Shown here in pieces: positions 51,902-61,291 of a DNA stretch of 64,000 nt (positions within the stretch are counted from its first letter, which is position 1; every line of letters begins with the position of its first letter). Below the pieces are notes generated by a model, which saw only the letters and a list, made by a program, of their open reading frames with translations, ran no database searches and had not been told where the DNA came from. The translations under genes and the position numbers were made by a program. Source of the stretch: a virus (taxonomy: Duplodnaviria > Caudoviricetes); the IMG/VR virus record IMGVR_UViG_3300028805_000037, positions 32,001 to 96,000 of that record; one strand, given 5' to 3'.

Positions 51902-51988
51902 CTCTATACTCCTATAGATTAACTCAATTTTTATATTTACGGCAGGGTAGTGAGTTGCTACCTTTTCGGTTGATCTGACCTAGCCGTA
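51902..51988 (-). ncRNA. Structured cis RNA element (copy 2) in endonuclease leader
   Basis: Same fold as 49901-49987 with compensatory changes. Confidence 0.75.
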
Positions 51989-52001
51989 TTTATTTTTAAT
52001 A

Positions 52002-54056
52002 TTAAGCGTTTTGGAAAGTTACTCCGAATGTTACTAAAATGTAGTTAACATCAGGTGTTGGATATATTCTAAATGATACATTAATTTGATTTGGATAATT
52101 TTGATCTTGCGCAATTACTAAGTTCGTATACGAATAAATATCGTTGTTTGCTAGGAAACTTGAAAGTATAGTATTAACTGTAGCTGTCATTTCTGATATT
52201 GTAGCTGCTCCAACAAATCTTGTATTTATATATGCTTTATCTAAAGCAAGTCTTAATGTATTTGATATAACGTCTTTTATTTTTGTAATCTTAATTTCAG
52301 ATTTTACATAATCACCTGTAGATGTTGAGAGTGCATGTCTTATTTTTGCTACTGATGTTCCTTCTGCGCCTTCAAGAACTAAACATCCATAAGATGCTAA
52401 TACATTCTTTTCTTCTCTTGTATACCTATCATTTACAGTAACATTCGATAATGTTTTACCTGTTATAGGTTCACCACAAGTAAAGTTATTATTACAGATA
52501 ATACCAGCAATAGCTGCTGCAGCATACATACCATTAGCAACTGCTACTGTTCCTGTATCTAACGTAACCGATACTTGACCTGGTGTTACATAAACAACTC
52601 TTGCAGAATTTGCAGACGCAGCATCTTTTTTATAAGTTTCAATTGCGGTATCATAATCTTCCGTTTCAATTAAAGCGTTATTTGAAACAATCGCAATTCT
52701 TTCTTTTCTTTCAAGAGTTGAACTCATATTCTCAACATGTGTTTTGCACATACTTATAATCTGAGCCATCGTTATACTGTTATCAGGATCGTTCTCAATT
52801 TCAAACGGTGATATCATAGGCAATATACAATATGCATTTATTTTAGTAGCTTGTCTAAGAGCAGTAGATAATCCAGCTGCATCTATAAGTCCAGTTGTTT
52901 CATTAACTTCAGGCTGAATACAATAGAAAACTCTTGCACCATTATCATAAGCAACTTGTGCACCTGCAGAAATTGTATTCTCAGCAGAAGGCTCACCATA
53001 AACAGAATAAATACTTGAGAGTCTTGTATAAGATTTTGGTTCTCTATCTGCAGTATTTTTTGCTACTGTATAACTAACTGTGATTTTATACTTCCCATCT
53101 GGACCTTCAACTGGCATATCCCCATCTGGAGCTTTCCATAATAATACAGAATTTTCTACTGCAAAAAAATCTTTCTCTGAATTATCATAAACTCTACTAC
53201 TTATTGCATCTACAGCTTCAGAAGGTGCTACTACAATTTCTGGTTGCAATTGTGCAGAATAATAAGTAGCATTAGGATCTACAATTTTCCAATTCGTATT
53301 TAAATAATTTATATTTGCTTCACTAGGTGAAGTATGATCTTTTATACATTCATAAAATAAAGCATTTAAATATATAAAATCTCCAACAACATAATCTGTT
53401 TCAGGAGTCCATACTTTATAATGTATCGTTGTTTCTTCTGTATCAGTACTTATCCAATAATCAAATATAGCTTCATCTACTCCGTCTTCTAAAACACTAG
53501 CATTTTCATCTAACCATGGAGTTACTAAACTACTTACTGCTACATCTTCTGTAATCTCAGAAGCGTTAGCTTCTAACCAATCAGCAACAGGTTCGGTAAC
53601 TGTACCTGCAGTTGTAACACTATAATATTTATCATTATAAAATAATATATCACCTACTTCACAAGTAGTTCCATCTTCAGGATCTATTGCTGCTGGGATA
53701 GTTCCTTCTGAATTAACAATATAATAACTTTCTCCAAAACTTATTACTTGTGATTGACTATAAAACTCTCCTGGTATAGCTTGTGCAGCTTCAGGTGTAC
53801 TCGTTGTTGTAACTTTATAATAAGTATCATTGTAATAAACTATAGAACCTGCTTCATATTCTGTACCAATTACAGGTACAGTAGGTCTTTCAATTGGAGG
53901 TAATAACTCCAATAGTTCATTACTTATTGATTTTGTTTCTTTACCTTTACCGATAATACATACAGATAATAAACCTGTATTAACGTCTGTAGATATATCG
54001 TCATTGATTACGACATATGTACCTGGCTCTGTGTAATTATTTGTAAATGATGGCAT
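52002..54056 (-). CDS. Contractile tail sheath protein with inserted repeat domain
   Basis: YTEPGTYV N-terminus; HVENMS...ER; C-terminal INVSFRIYP..VNYILV. Confidence 0.85.
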   Translation of the reverse strand: MPSFTNNYTEPGTYVVINDDISTDVNTGLLSVCIIGKGKETKSISNELLELLPPIERPTVPVIGTEYEAGSIVYYNDTYYKVTTTSTPEAAQAIPGEFYSQSQVISFGESYYIVNSEGTIPAAIDPEDGTTCEVGDILFYNDKYYSVTTAGTVTEPVADWLEANASEITEDVAVSSLVTPWLDENASVLEDGVDEAIFDYWISTDTEETTIHYKVWTPETDYVVGDFIYLNALFYECIKDHTSPSEANINYLNTNWKIVDPNATYYSAQLQPEIVVAPSEAVDAISSRVYDNSEKDFFAVENSVLLWKAPDGDMPVEGPDGKYKITVSYTVAKNTADREPKSYTRLSSIYSVYGEPSAENTISAGAQVAYDNGARVFYCIQPEVNETTGLIDAAGLSTALRQATKINAYCILPMISPFEIENDPDNSITMAQIISMCKTHVENMSSTLERKERIAIVSNNALIETEDYDTAIETYKKDAASANSARVVYVTPGQVSVTLDTGTVAVANGMYAAAAIAGIICNNNFTCGEPITGKTLSNVTVNDRYTREEKNVLASYGCLVLEGAEGTSVAKIRHALSTSTGDYVKSEIKITKIKDVISNTLRLALDKAYINTRFVGAATISEMTATVNTILSSFLANNDIYSYTNLVIAQDQNYPNQINVSFRIYPTPDVNYILVTFGVTFQNA

Positions 54057-54071
54057 TTATATATCCTCCAA

Positions 54072-54278
54072 TTAATAAATTTTTATTATTCTAATTAATT
54101 TTTTTCCTGCATATTCTTTAACTTGCTTTGTATAAGCTACAACCTTGATCTCATTTGTTTTCAAATTAAAGTCTTTATAACATAAATCTCCAAACGTAAT
54201 ATTTTGTATTAACGCTTGTTTAACAGTAGGTTGTATTGTAGAAACAGACTCAACCACTTTACTTTTCCTTCTAACCAT
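54072..54278 (-). CDS. Small hypothetical protein
   Basis: GGAGGAG SD before ATG 54278. Confidence 0.65.
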   Translation of the reverse strand: MVRRKSKVVESVSTIQPTVKQALIQNITFGDLCYKDFNLKTNEIKVVAYTKQVKEYAGKKLIRIIKIY

Positions 54279-55533
54279 TACTCTCCTCCGTATAAAAATT
54301 GCCAAAATTAAAATATTTATTTACCAATTTTAAACTGCATTCTTTTCGTTTATTGTTTTCCTTCACTACAACATACTTTAAATGACTCATTGTTATTGCA
54401 TTGTATCTCTTATTATTTATTACTACTAAATCTTTTGGTTGTATTTTATATCTTTGCTTTCTAATACCTGGCTTAAAACCTCTCCTGTTACACTGTAAAG
54501 ATCTATTGTTTCTATGTTTTTGTTTTAATTCTATAGGTTTCACTCTGTTTTGAACACTACCACCTGCTATACAAAAAGCATCGTTATAATGTGTTTTCTT
54601 TAACCCTAATTCTAGTCTTTGCTGCTTCGTTATATATCCAAATGTTTCGTACATATCAGGTATATCTTTTTGAAATCTTTTATGTATAATTGACATAAAT
54701 GTATTTGATTTATACTCTTTACTACTTTTTCTGATACTAAATTTATTTTTATGTAAATCTTTATGACATTTACTGCATAAAGTTATTAGATTGTCTGGTC
54801 TATCAGTACCACCCTGACTTCTAAATTTTATGTGATGAACTTCTAATCTTGTGTTTTGTTTACCGCAATGCTGACAAGTTCTTTTATCTCTTGTTAATAC
54901 ATATTGTTTTACATTCTCAAACTCCAATTGTTTTCCTTGTTGATATTCTTTACCTTTAATATTAAGATTTTGTATTTTTTGTATATCAAAATTTGCTGTT
55001 TCTATTATCACATTATTGGTAGGAAGTATTAATTTAATTCGTTTTATAAGCTCTAAATGTGTTTGATAACGTCTCTCTATAGAAGGTGGTAACCAACCAA
55101 CATGTCTTTTCCTATTATTAAATCTAGATTCTCTATACCAATGATGCCTACATCTTCTTCCTTTTCTATACAACTTTCTCTCTAATAATCTCATTTTAGT
55201 TTTATTATCCAAAACCAAAGTACCACTTATTAGCTCTTTCTTACTACTTACCGCACTAAACCCAATGTTCTCATAACCGCTATCAATACCTAGTGTAACT
55301 TCTTGTTTACAGTCTCTCGTTTGAACCAACATCTGAATAACAAAGAAAGGATATGTTTTAACTATTCTTGCTAAACCTTTCTTTATCAATCGTTTAGCTT
55401 TACAAGGTGTTGTTGGCATTAAAGGTTGCCCTTTTACATTGAGGACGAAAACATAAGTTTTCCTCTCAATCCTGTTAGGCTCAGGTAGATTCACATCGGA
55501 GTTGTTACAAGTCAGAGTATCTCTTCTACACAC
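54271..55533 (-). CDS. iscB: IscB RNA-guided endonuclease (start codon uncertain)
   Basis: PLMP, RuvC-I GIDSG, Arg-rich bridge helix, RuvC-II IE, HNH (HHI..GGTD..NL..LC..CH), RuvC-III THYNDA. Confidence 0.92.
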   Translation of the reverse strand: MCRRDTLTCNNSDVNLPEPNRIERKTYVFVLNVKGQPLMPTTPCKAKRLIKKGLARIVKTYPFFVIQMLVQTRDCKQEVTLGIDSGYENIGFSAVSSKKELISGTLVLDNKTKMRLLERKLYRKGRRCRHHWYRESRFNNRKRHVGWLPPSIERRYQTHLELIKRIKLILPTNNVIIETANFDIQKIQNLNIKGKEYQQGKQLEFENVKQYVLTRDKRTCQHCGKQNTRLEVHHIKFRSQGGTDRPDNLITLCSKCHKDLHKNKFSIRKSSKEYKSNTFMSIIHKRFQKDIPDMYETFGYITKQQRLELGLKKTHYNDAFCIAGGSVQNRVKPIELKQKHRNNRSLQCNRRGFKPGIRKQRYKIQPKDLVVINNKRYNAITMSHLKYVVVKENNKRKECSLKLVNKYFNFGNFYTEESNG

Positions 55534-55714
55534 TGTGCCTTTAGGCTCGTTTTAATGTAGAAGTTATAAAGCTACGAACTTGTGAAGCATCCGTAGGTAT
55601 GTTCTTTTTCTTTCCTTGTAACTGCTGTTTTAACATTACTGTTATAACCTCCTAATCAGCTCTTTCGTTGTAATTCTCATTACAAACCGATAACTTTAAT
55701 TATCGGTAGCTGAC
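54280..55714 (-). mobile_element. Non-autonomous IS200/IS605-derived IscB element
   Basis: omegaRNA plus iscB, no tnpA in the window; downstream boundary approximate. Confidence 0.75.
55460..55714 (-). ncRNA. omegaRNA/HEARO scaffold
   Basis: Begins GTCAGCTAC-CGATAA-TTAAAG-TTATCG; GTCAGCT pairs with AGCTGAT; CCTACGGATGCTTCACAAGT and CTCCGATGTG segments; directly upstream of iscB. Confidence 0.8.
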
Positions 55715-56760
55715 ACGTCCAGTTCAACTGGAATATTTTTAATTAATGCATAGATTGATTTATCAATATAAAAAGAATAATTTGTGACACAAGGAACAGT
55801 TACTGTATTTTTATAAATAACTTTATTATCAAACATTTCTTGTGACTCACCTGAAACATTTTCACCTGAATATGTAAAGTATTTTATTAATTCAGGTTTT
55901 ACTACATGTCGAATATACAAAACAAGTAAGTCTGTAATCCTTTCTCTATCTTGACTACTTCTTGCAAATACTTCAAATTTAATTTCAACATTTAGAGGTG
56001 CTTGAACAAAATCACCTGTATAAATACAATCACTTCTATTTGCTATATATGATACAAAATAATTATTAGGTTCTTCTATATTCCAAACTAAAGTTCTATC
56101 ATTAGGTGTTATATATACTTCTTGCTTATTAAAGTATTGTTTTATAAACTTTGTATTATCATTAGGGTCAACTATATAATTATAAACTTCAGTTAAACCA
56201 CTTGAAGTTGCATTAAACTCTAATTGTGTAGGTGTATCACCTTTTATTTTATATTCTGATATTATAGGTGTTGTTGGTGTACCATCATCAAACGTTGTAT
56301 AAGTGGCATAATATAAATCTGGTTTTACACCTTCATTCCAAGTAAAAATACCTGTTGTATAATTAAACTCAAACTCAGAACCAACATTATAATTTATAAC
56401 TTGATAAGATACTTCACCGTTTTCATATATAGGATTTAAAGTATAAACATTTTCTAAACTACCATTTAATATTTTATATCTAACTTTATCATTTTGTATA
56501 CATTCATTATATACTTTATTAACCTGCTTAACAACTTCTTGCCCTAAGTATCTCAGACTCGCATCACCATTACCTGCAGAAATGGTTATCATAGGAACAT
56601 TATAAACTCTATTAGGAGTTTCTTTATATATCCTTATTTTACTCTTTCTTTCATCTGAATTATATCTATATTCTTTAGGAGTAATATCTGCACTAAAAAT
56701 AACTCTTAAATACTTTTCCCAAAGAGCTTTAATAGTATTTGTATATCTAATAACTGCCAT
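55696..56760 (-). CDS. Putative tail terminator/neck protein
   Basis: Position upstream of sheath; P.I.I and FEVFARS..DRERITD motifs. Confidence 0.5.
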   Translation of the reverse strand: MAVIRYTNTIKALWEKYLRVIFSADITPKEYRYNSDERKSKIRIYKETPNRVYNVPMITISAGNGDASLRYLGQEVVKQVNKVYNECIQNDKVRYKILNGSLENVYTLNPIYENGEVSYQVINYNVGSEFEFNYTTGIFTWNEGVKPDLYYATYTTFDDGTPTTPIISEYKIKGDTPTQLEFNATSSGLTEVYNYIVDPNDNTKFIKQYFNKQEVYITPNDRTLVWNIEEPNNYFVSYIANRSDCIYTGDFVQAPLNVEIKFEVFARSSQDRERITDLLVLYIRHVVKPELIKYFTYSGENVSGESQEMFDNKVIYKNTVTVPCVTNYSFYIDKSIYALIKNIPVELDVSATDN

Positions 56761-56762
56761 AA

Positions 56763-58499
56763 TTACTCCTTCATTTTAGCAGCGATTTGTTGTATAAAAT
56801 CTAAAGGTTGCTCCTCAATAACTTCAGGTGAATCTGACACCATAACAACCATTATTCCATCACCTGATAAGTCTTGTATTTTATCTTCTATCGTTTTAAC
56901 TTTATCATGACATTTACAATTTCCACCACAAGAACCATCACAGACATGGTCTGAATCTTCTGGTTGTGGACTTACTGTTTTTAAATCCATATTCTCTGGT
57001 TCCATTAAAGGTTTAACCGCAACATTTTCATCTGGAAATAAAGATTCCATGTTTTCTAAATGTGTATAATAATCAGGAGCTTCTGTTAAATGGTCTCTAG
57101 CAATTTCCTTTGCAATTTCTAAATTATCTGTATGCTCCTGTTCAACAATAGAACCTGCTTGTTCTTGAGTTTTTAGTACATCTAACATTTGTTCATAAGG
57201 AATATTGTATAATGGTGCCCATTTTTTTGCAATGTCTTCGATATTCATACCATCTGCTGCACCATCTTCAAGTAAATCACCTTTAGATATCTTCTCTACT
57301 GCATTTTCAACATCATTAAATATCTGTTTCTTTGCTTCAGGATTCTGTATCTCACTCAAATTTTCAGGATGTTTTATTGAATCTCCATACATTAAATCCT
57401 GAATTTCATCTGTGCTTACTTTTATTACTTGAGGTAAGACTTCTGGATTATTATTTGCTTTTACTTTATAAGCTAATATGTTTTTAATATAATATCTTGT
57501 ATATGCTTTTGACAATCTAAACATTTTTTTACCTCTTAAATTACTTTCTTTTTTGTTTGCAAATTTAGATTTTAAAGTTTTTAAAAACTTTGCAAATTTT
57601 TCACCATCATTTGAATTTGCAATATTTATATAATAATTTAAATCTATTTTATCTAACAAAGTTTTTAACTCTTCTTTATTCTCTACATTAGCTAAATACG
57701 TATCAACTGTTATTTCAGAAACATCAGGTAAAGTTAAAACACCGTTACCATAGTCATTCAAATCATTAAATAAGTCAATAAAATCTTTATTATCTATAGT
57801 ATTAAAGTTTAAACCAAATACATTATCTCTTTCAGTTTTTTTAATCTTTTTAGAATCACTTGTCCCAATTTGAGAGTGTTTAACATCTGTTAAAAAACCT
57901 TCTGCTAAATTTTTTACATTTATATTCTTATATTGTTCTTCTAATTTTCCATGCTTTTGTAATGCTATAAAAAAATCTTTAATTAAGTCTGTATTTTCTT
58001 TACGTGCTTCTAAAGAACCGTATGTAGCAACAAACTGTTCAACTAATTTTTGATCTATATCCCCTGTAATATACATATAAGCAGGAATTAAATTTACATT
58101 CTTTTCCTCTAATAATTCCTTTAACGCTGTAATAAAAGTCTGATTTTTTGTAGTATCATTACCTAATACTTTATCTATGTAATATAATGCAAAATTAATA
58201 TCTGACAAATAAGGTTCAGCAAAACGTGAATTAAACAGAATAACACTATCATGTTTATCTGGATTTTTGCCTAAATACTGTAAAGTTGCTGTACTATTAC
58301 GAAATAAATATTCCATTAAATTAACATTAGGTTTTTTATTACCATCTATAATATCCTTAATGTCTTGTGTTATATTATTACCATCACCATCTATTATACT
58401 AAAATCTGCATTTTCTACTACATCTTCATACTTCATATATTGTGCAAGATTTGCTGTAATTTTTTTTATAAATTCATTATACATATTTATTATCCCCAA
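56763..58499 (-). CDS. Virion-region protein with DUF5661-like motif
   Basis: VEQEHT..AKEIARDHL.E..DYY..L..ME. Confidence 0.6.
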   Translation of the reverse strand: MGIINMYNEFIKKITANLAQYMKYEDVVENADFSIIDGDGNNITQDIKDIIDGNKKPNVNLMEYLFRNSTATLQYLGKNPDKHDSVILFNSRFAEPYLSDINFALYYIDKVLGNDTTKNQTFITALKELLEEKNVNLIPAYMYITGDIDQKLVEQFVATYGSLEARKENTDLIKDFFIALQKHGKLEEQYKNINVKNLAEGFLTDVKHSQIGTSDSKKIKKTERDNVFGLNFNTIDNKDFIDLFNDLNDYGNGVLTLPDVSEITVDTYLANVENKEELKTLLDKIDLNYYINIANSNDGEKFAKFLKTLKSKFANKKESNLRGKKMFRLSKAYTRYYIKNILAYKVKANNNPEVLPQVIKVSTDEIQDLMYGDSIKHPENLSEIQNPEAKKQIFNDVENAVEKISKGDLLEDGAADGMNIEDIAKKWAPLYNIPYEQMLDVLKTQEQAGSIVEQEHTDNLEIAKEIARDHLTEAPDYYTHLENMESLFPDENVAVKPLMEPENMDLKTVSPQPEDSDHVCDGSCGGNCKCHDKVKTIEDKIQDLSGDGIMVVMVSDSPEVIEEQPLDFIQQIAAKMKE

Positions 58500-59671
58500 A
58501 TTGTATCAACTGGTTTTTCTTTTGCTTCATAATAAGACTCAAAAGCATTTTCTATAGACTCATCTGTAACATGGTAAACAATTTCACTTCTTTGACATAA
58601 TGCATTATTAAACTGCTGATCCATAATATAACTTTTAAATAATGTTCTGGAAACATCTTGTATATAAAATCTATCGCCTGTGGAACATTGAACAAGTAAA
58701 TCATGTGCTCTTAATAACGGAGTCCATAAAGTCCAAGATTGTAACTGCTGTGTCGTTTGTATACCCTGAGGAGTATGTTTTATTACTCTTGCTGGATTTG
58801 AATTATATCTAGCCATTATTTTTATCTTCTTATAATAACCACCAACAAAACCTGTTCCAAAACAAATATTACAATTTGTATGTGTATTATAATCTAAATC
58901 TGGTTTATCCTCATCTATAGAACCTCTATGGTCACAACGAGGACAAGCTATACCTTCCCAACGTCTTAAATATAAATCCCACATTTCACCATCAGATTGT
59001 AAAATAGCCATCTTATCTGCACGATTTTTTTGTACTGCAAAATCAAGATAATCTGTATCTATTATATTCCCAGTACCGTTTGTAGGATAATTTATAGGAG
59101 CTATTATCTGTTGGTTCTTTGGTATTGTCCAATCTCTCTCAGAATTATAAACATGTGCTCCTTTAGTTGAAACTAATCCACCTAAACCATTTTGACAAGG
59201 AAATCCTTGTACCCAAAAACTCCATTGTATTTCTGTACTTGCAAATGGGACCGGAACATTAAACTCTACTTTCATTTTATTATTATCTATTTCTTCTGCT
59301 ACAAAATCATTTGTTGATAATAATAACTGTGGCAATATTGGTGAAGGGCTCCCCCAAAGTTCGTATTTCTTTGCAAAACCTTCAACAGTTTTTACTTTAG
59401 GAAACTCTATAACATATGTATATTGTGTACCTTCTTTATGATAAACCTTAAGTAAACTAATACCTGAGTAATTAATGTCTGAAGGAGTTGTTATTTCTGT
59501 ATCACCTTCTGTAAGGATTTGTCCAGTACCATTTGTTGAACCATCTGGGTTTAACCCTGAACCATCTGTTTGTACACTATTCATCCAGCAAGGTCCTGAT
59601 TGGTTGCAATTACACTTATTTGGATCTGTACTTGGATTTAATGTTAATAACTCCTGTATATTTATAGGCAT
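58490..59671 (-). CDS. Putative head-tail neck protein with Zn finger
   Basis: CPRC..CNICFGTGFVGGY; start placed at ATG 59671 behind a GGTGA SD (ORF track extends to 59725). Confidence 0.55.
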   Translation of the reverse strand: MPINIQELLTLNPSTDPNKCNCNQSGPCWMNSVQTDGSGLNPDGSTNGTGQILTEGDTEITTPSDINYSGISLLKVYHKEGTQYTYVIEFPKVKTVEGFAKKYELWGSPSPILPQLLLSTNDFVAEEIDNNKMKVEFNVPVPFASTEIQWSFWVQGFPCQNGLGGLVSTKGAHVYNSERDWTIPKNQQIIAPINYPTNGTGNIIDTDYLDFAVQKNRADKMAILQSDGEMWDLYLRRWEGIACPRCDHRGSIDEDKPDLDYNTHTNCNICFGTGFVGGYYKKIKIMARYNSNPARVIKHTPQGIQTTQQLQSWTLWTPLLRAHDLLVQCSTGDRFYIQDVSRTLFKSYIMDQQFNNALCQRSEIVYHVTDESIENAFESYYEAKEKPVDTIWG

Positions 59672-59693
59672 ACTATCACCACTATTTAAATTT

Positions 59694-59720
59694 AGAATAA
59701 TTATGATAAAATTGTCAAGG
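59694..59720 (-). promoter_or_regulatory. Candidate late promoter motif (copy 3)
   Basis: CCTTGACA-N5-ATCATAAT-TATTCT. Confidence 0.5.
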
Positions 59721-60119
59721 GACAATATTAAACTTCTTTTTAATAATAGCTGTGCACTTATTTGCTATTTGTGTGCACAGCTTTTCTTCTTGAATATCAG
59801 CTTCATCTTGGTTGTTTAATTGTTCCACGTCTTTACCTTTTTCAAAAGTAATATCTACTTTCTTACAGTCCTCTGTAACCTTAAAGAATTTACTATAATT
59901 ACCTTCATTTAAAACTATATCTACTATAAAATGAGTAAACTCATGATAAAAAGTATTAATTAAATCAAGCTGGTCAGTATGATTAATATCTATATAAAGG
60001 TCTGTTACATTCTTTCTTTTGCGTAATCTATAGTATAATCCATAAGCATTCTGTTTATCTACTAAATCTGAAACGAAGTGTATTTTTAAATTTAATACCT
60101 TTTCTTTAGATTTTCGCAT
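59715..60119 (-). CDS. HExxH zinc metallopeptidase-like protein
   Basis: TFYHEFTH with distal EE. Confidence 0.7.
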   Translation of the reverse strand: MRKSKEKVLNLKIHFVSDLVDKQNAYGLYYRLRKRKNVTDLYIDINHTDQLDLINTFYHEFTHFIVDIVLNEGNYSKFFKVTEDCKKVDITFEKGKDVEQLNNQDEADIQEEKLCTQIANKCTAIIKKKFNIVP

Positions 60120-60129
60120 TTAATTTACC

Positions 60130-61269
60130 TTAAAAAAGATTATCTATATTATCTATATTATTATTTACACTTTCCACATCTTTAAAATTTTCTGATAACT
60201 GCCCTTTAATTGAAGCATAAATCTTTACTACATCACCATCATATCCTAATTTAGCAGAAATCTTAATAGAATCTAAATCTTTTTCATATTCAGGAAAAAT
60301 ATCATTCGAAGCTAATTTCATAACGTCATAAGATTTAGCTATACCGTTCTCATCAAGAACAATAGAACTCGGTTCAACATCAAAACCAATCTTATTTAAC
60401 TGTGCTTTTATTTCTGATAAATAAACGAGCTTTCTTTCTTCTGATAATTGTGCCATTTTCTTTAAAACTTTTTCAGCGTCAACTTTAATTAATGTATCTT
60501 CTACAGAAGCTTTCTTTTTAAAGAACTCATTAATAGGTTTAACAAATTTCTTTTTTAATTTTTCTTGAACTTCTTTTATTTTGCACCAAATACTAGCATC
60601 AGAATCCTTTTCAATTTCTTCCTTAGTAACAACTGTTTTTTTACAAGGACACTCTGCTTCTTCTTGATTTTTCCAAGTAACTTCAAATGCGTTAGATGCT
60701 ACTATATTTGAAATAACACCTTTTGTTCCTGTAACTTTATGCTGAACATACAAAGCTTTATTTTCTGCAGTAATACCTTCTGGTGCAGGTCCTAATACAT
60801 CTTCAAACTTGGCTTCTTTTAACAACTTATTAAGAAGTTTTTTAATTTGATTAACTGCATCTAATTTATCTTTAGAAAATTTTGCTTCTCTTTTTATAGC
60901 TTCTTTTTCTTCAGAAGCAATTCTCTGCATTTCAGACTCATAAATACAGGAACTTTCTTTCTTTTCTAAATTTACTTTAAAATAATCACAAGCATGAATA
61001 CCATCTTTTATACAAGCACATCTTTCTGCTAGAATATCTGTATCTGTTATAGGACACTTAAAAGCTTCTATATCAAGTACACTGGTAGGTTGAACTTGTG
61101 CAGTAATATCAAAACCATATTCAACATGCCCATCTGCAAATTGGATATCAGCAATACCATCGTAAGGATATACAGAAATAACTTGTCCTTTTCCGTATAA
61201 CTCATGATTAATTTCTGTTCCAGCTTTTACATCATAAACAGCAACTTTCTTAATATATCTGTTTGACAT
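60130..61269 (-). CDS. Hypothetical virion-region protein
   Basis: Long ORF; N-terminal SH3-like HELYGKGQV motif. Confidence 0.7.
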   Translation of the reverse strand: MSNRYIKKVAVYDVKAGTEINHELYGKGQVISVYPYDGIADIQFADGHVEYGFDITAQVQPTSVLDIEAFKCPITDTDILAERCACIKDGIHACDYFKVNLEKKESSCIYESEMQRIASEEKEAIKREAKFSKDKLDAVNQIKKLLNKLLKEAKFEDVLGPAPEGITAENKALYVQHKVTGTKGVISNIVASNAFEVTWKNQEEAECPCKKTVVTKEEIEKDSDASIWCKIKEVQEKLKKKFVKPINEFFKKKASVEDTLIKVDAEKVLKKMAQLSEERKLVYLSEIKAQLNKIGFDVEPSSIVLDENGIAKSYDVMKLASNDIFPEYEKDLDSIKISAKLGYDGDVVKIYASIKGQLSENFKDVESVNNNIDNIDNLF

Positions 61270-61291
61270 CTACTCCTCCTAGTAAATCTTA

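Noticed and set aside
48656-51988. Group I introns carrying the endonucleases
   Set aside because: Flanking genes have their own starts and stops, and the non-coding flanks (~100-150 nt upstream, ~12 nt downstream) are too short for a ribozyme core
29038-60119. Stand-alone tailocin or eCIS locus
   Set aside because: Contiguous with phage replication, nucleotide-metabolism and neck-like genes, so a phage genome is more parsimonious; capsid and terminase presumably lie outside the window
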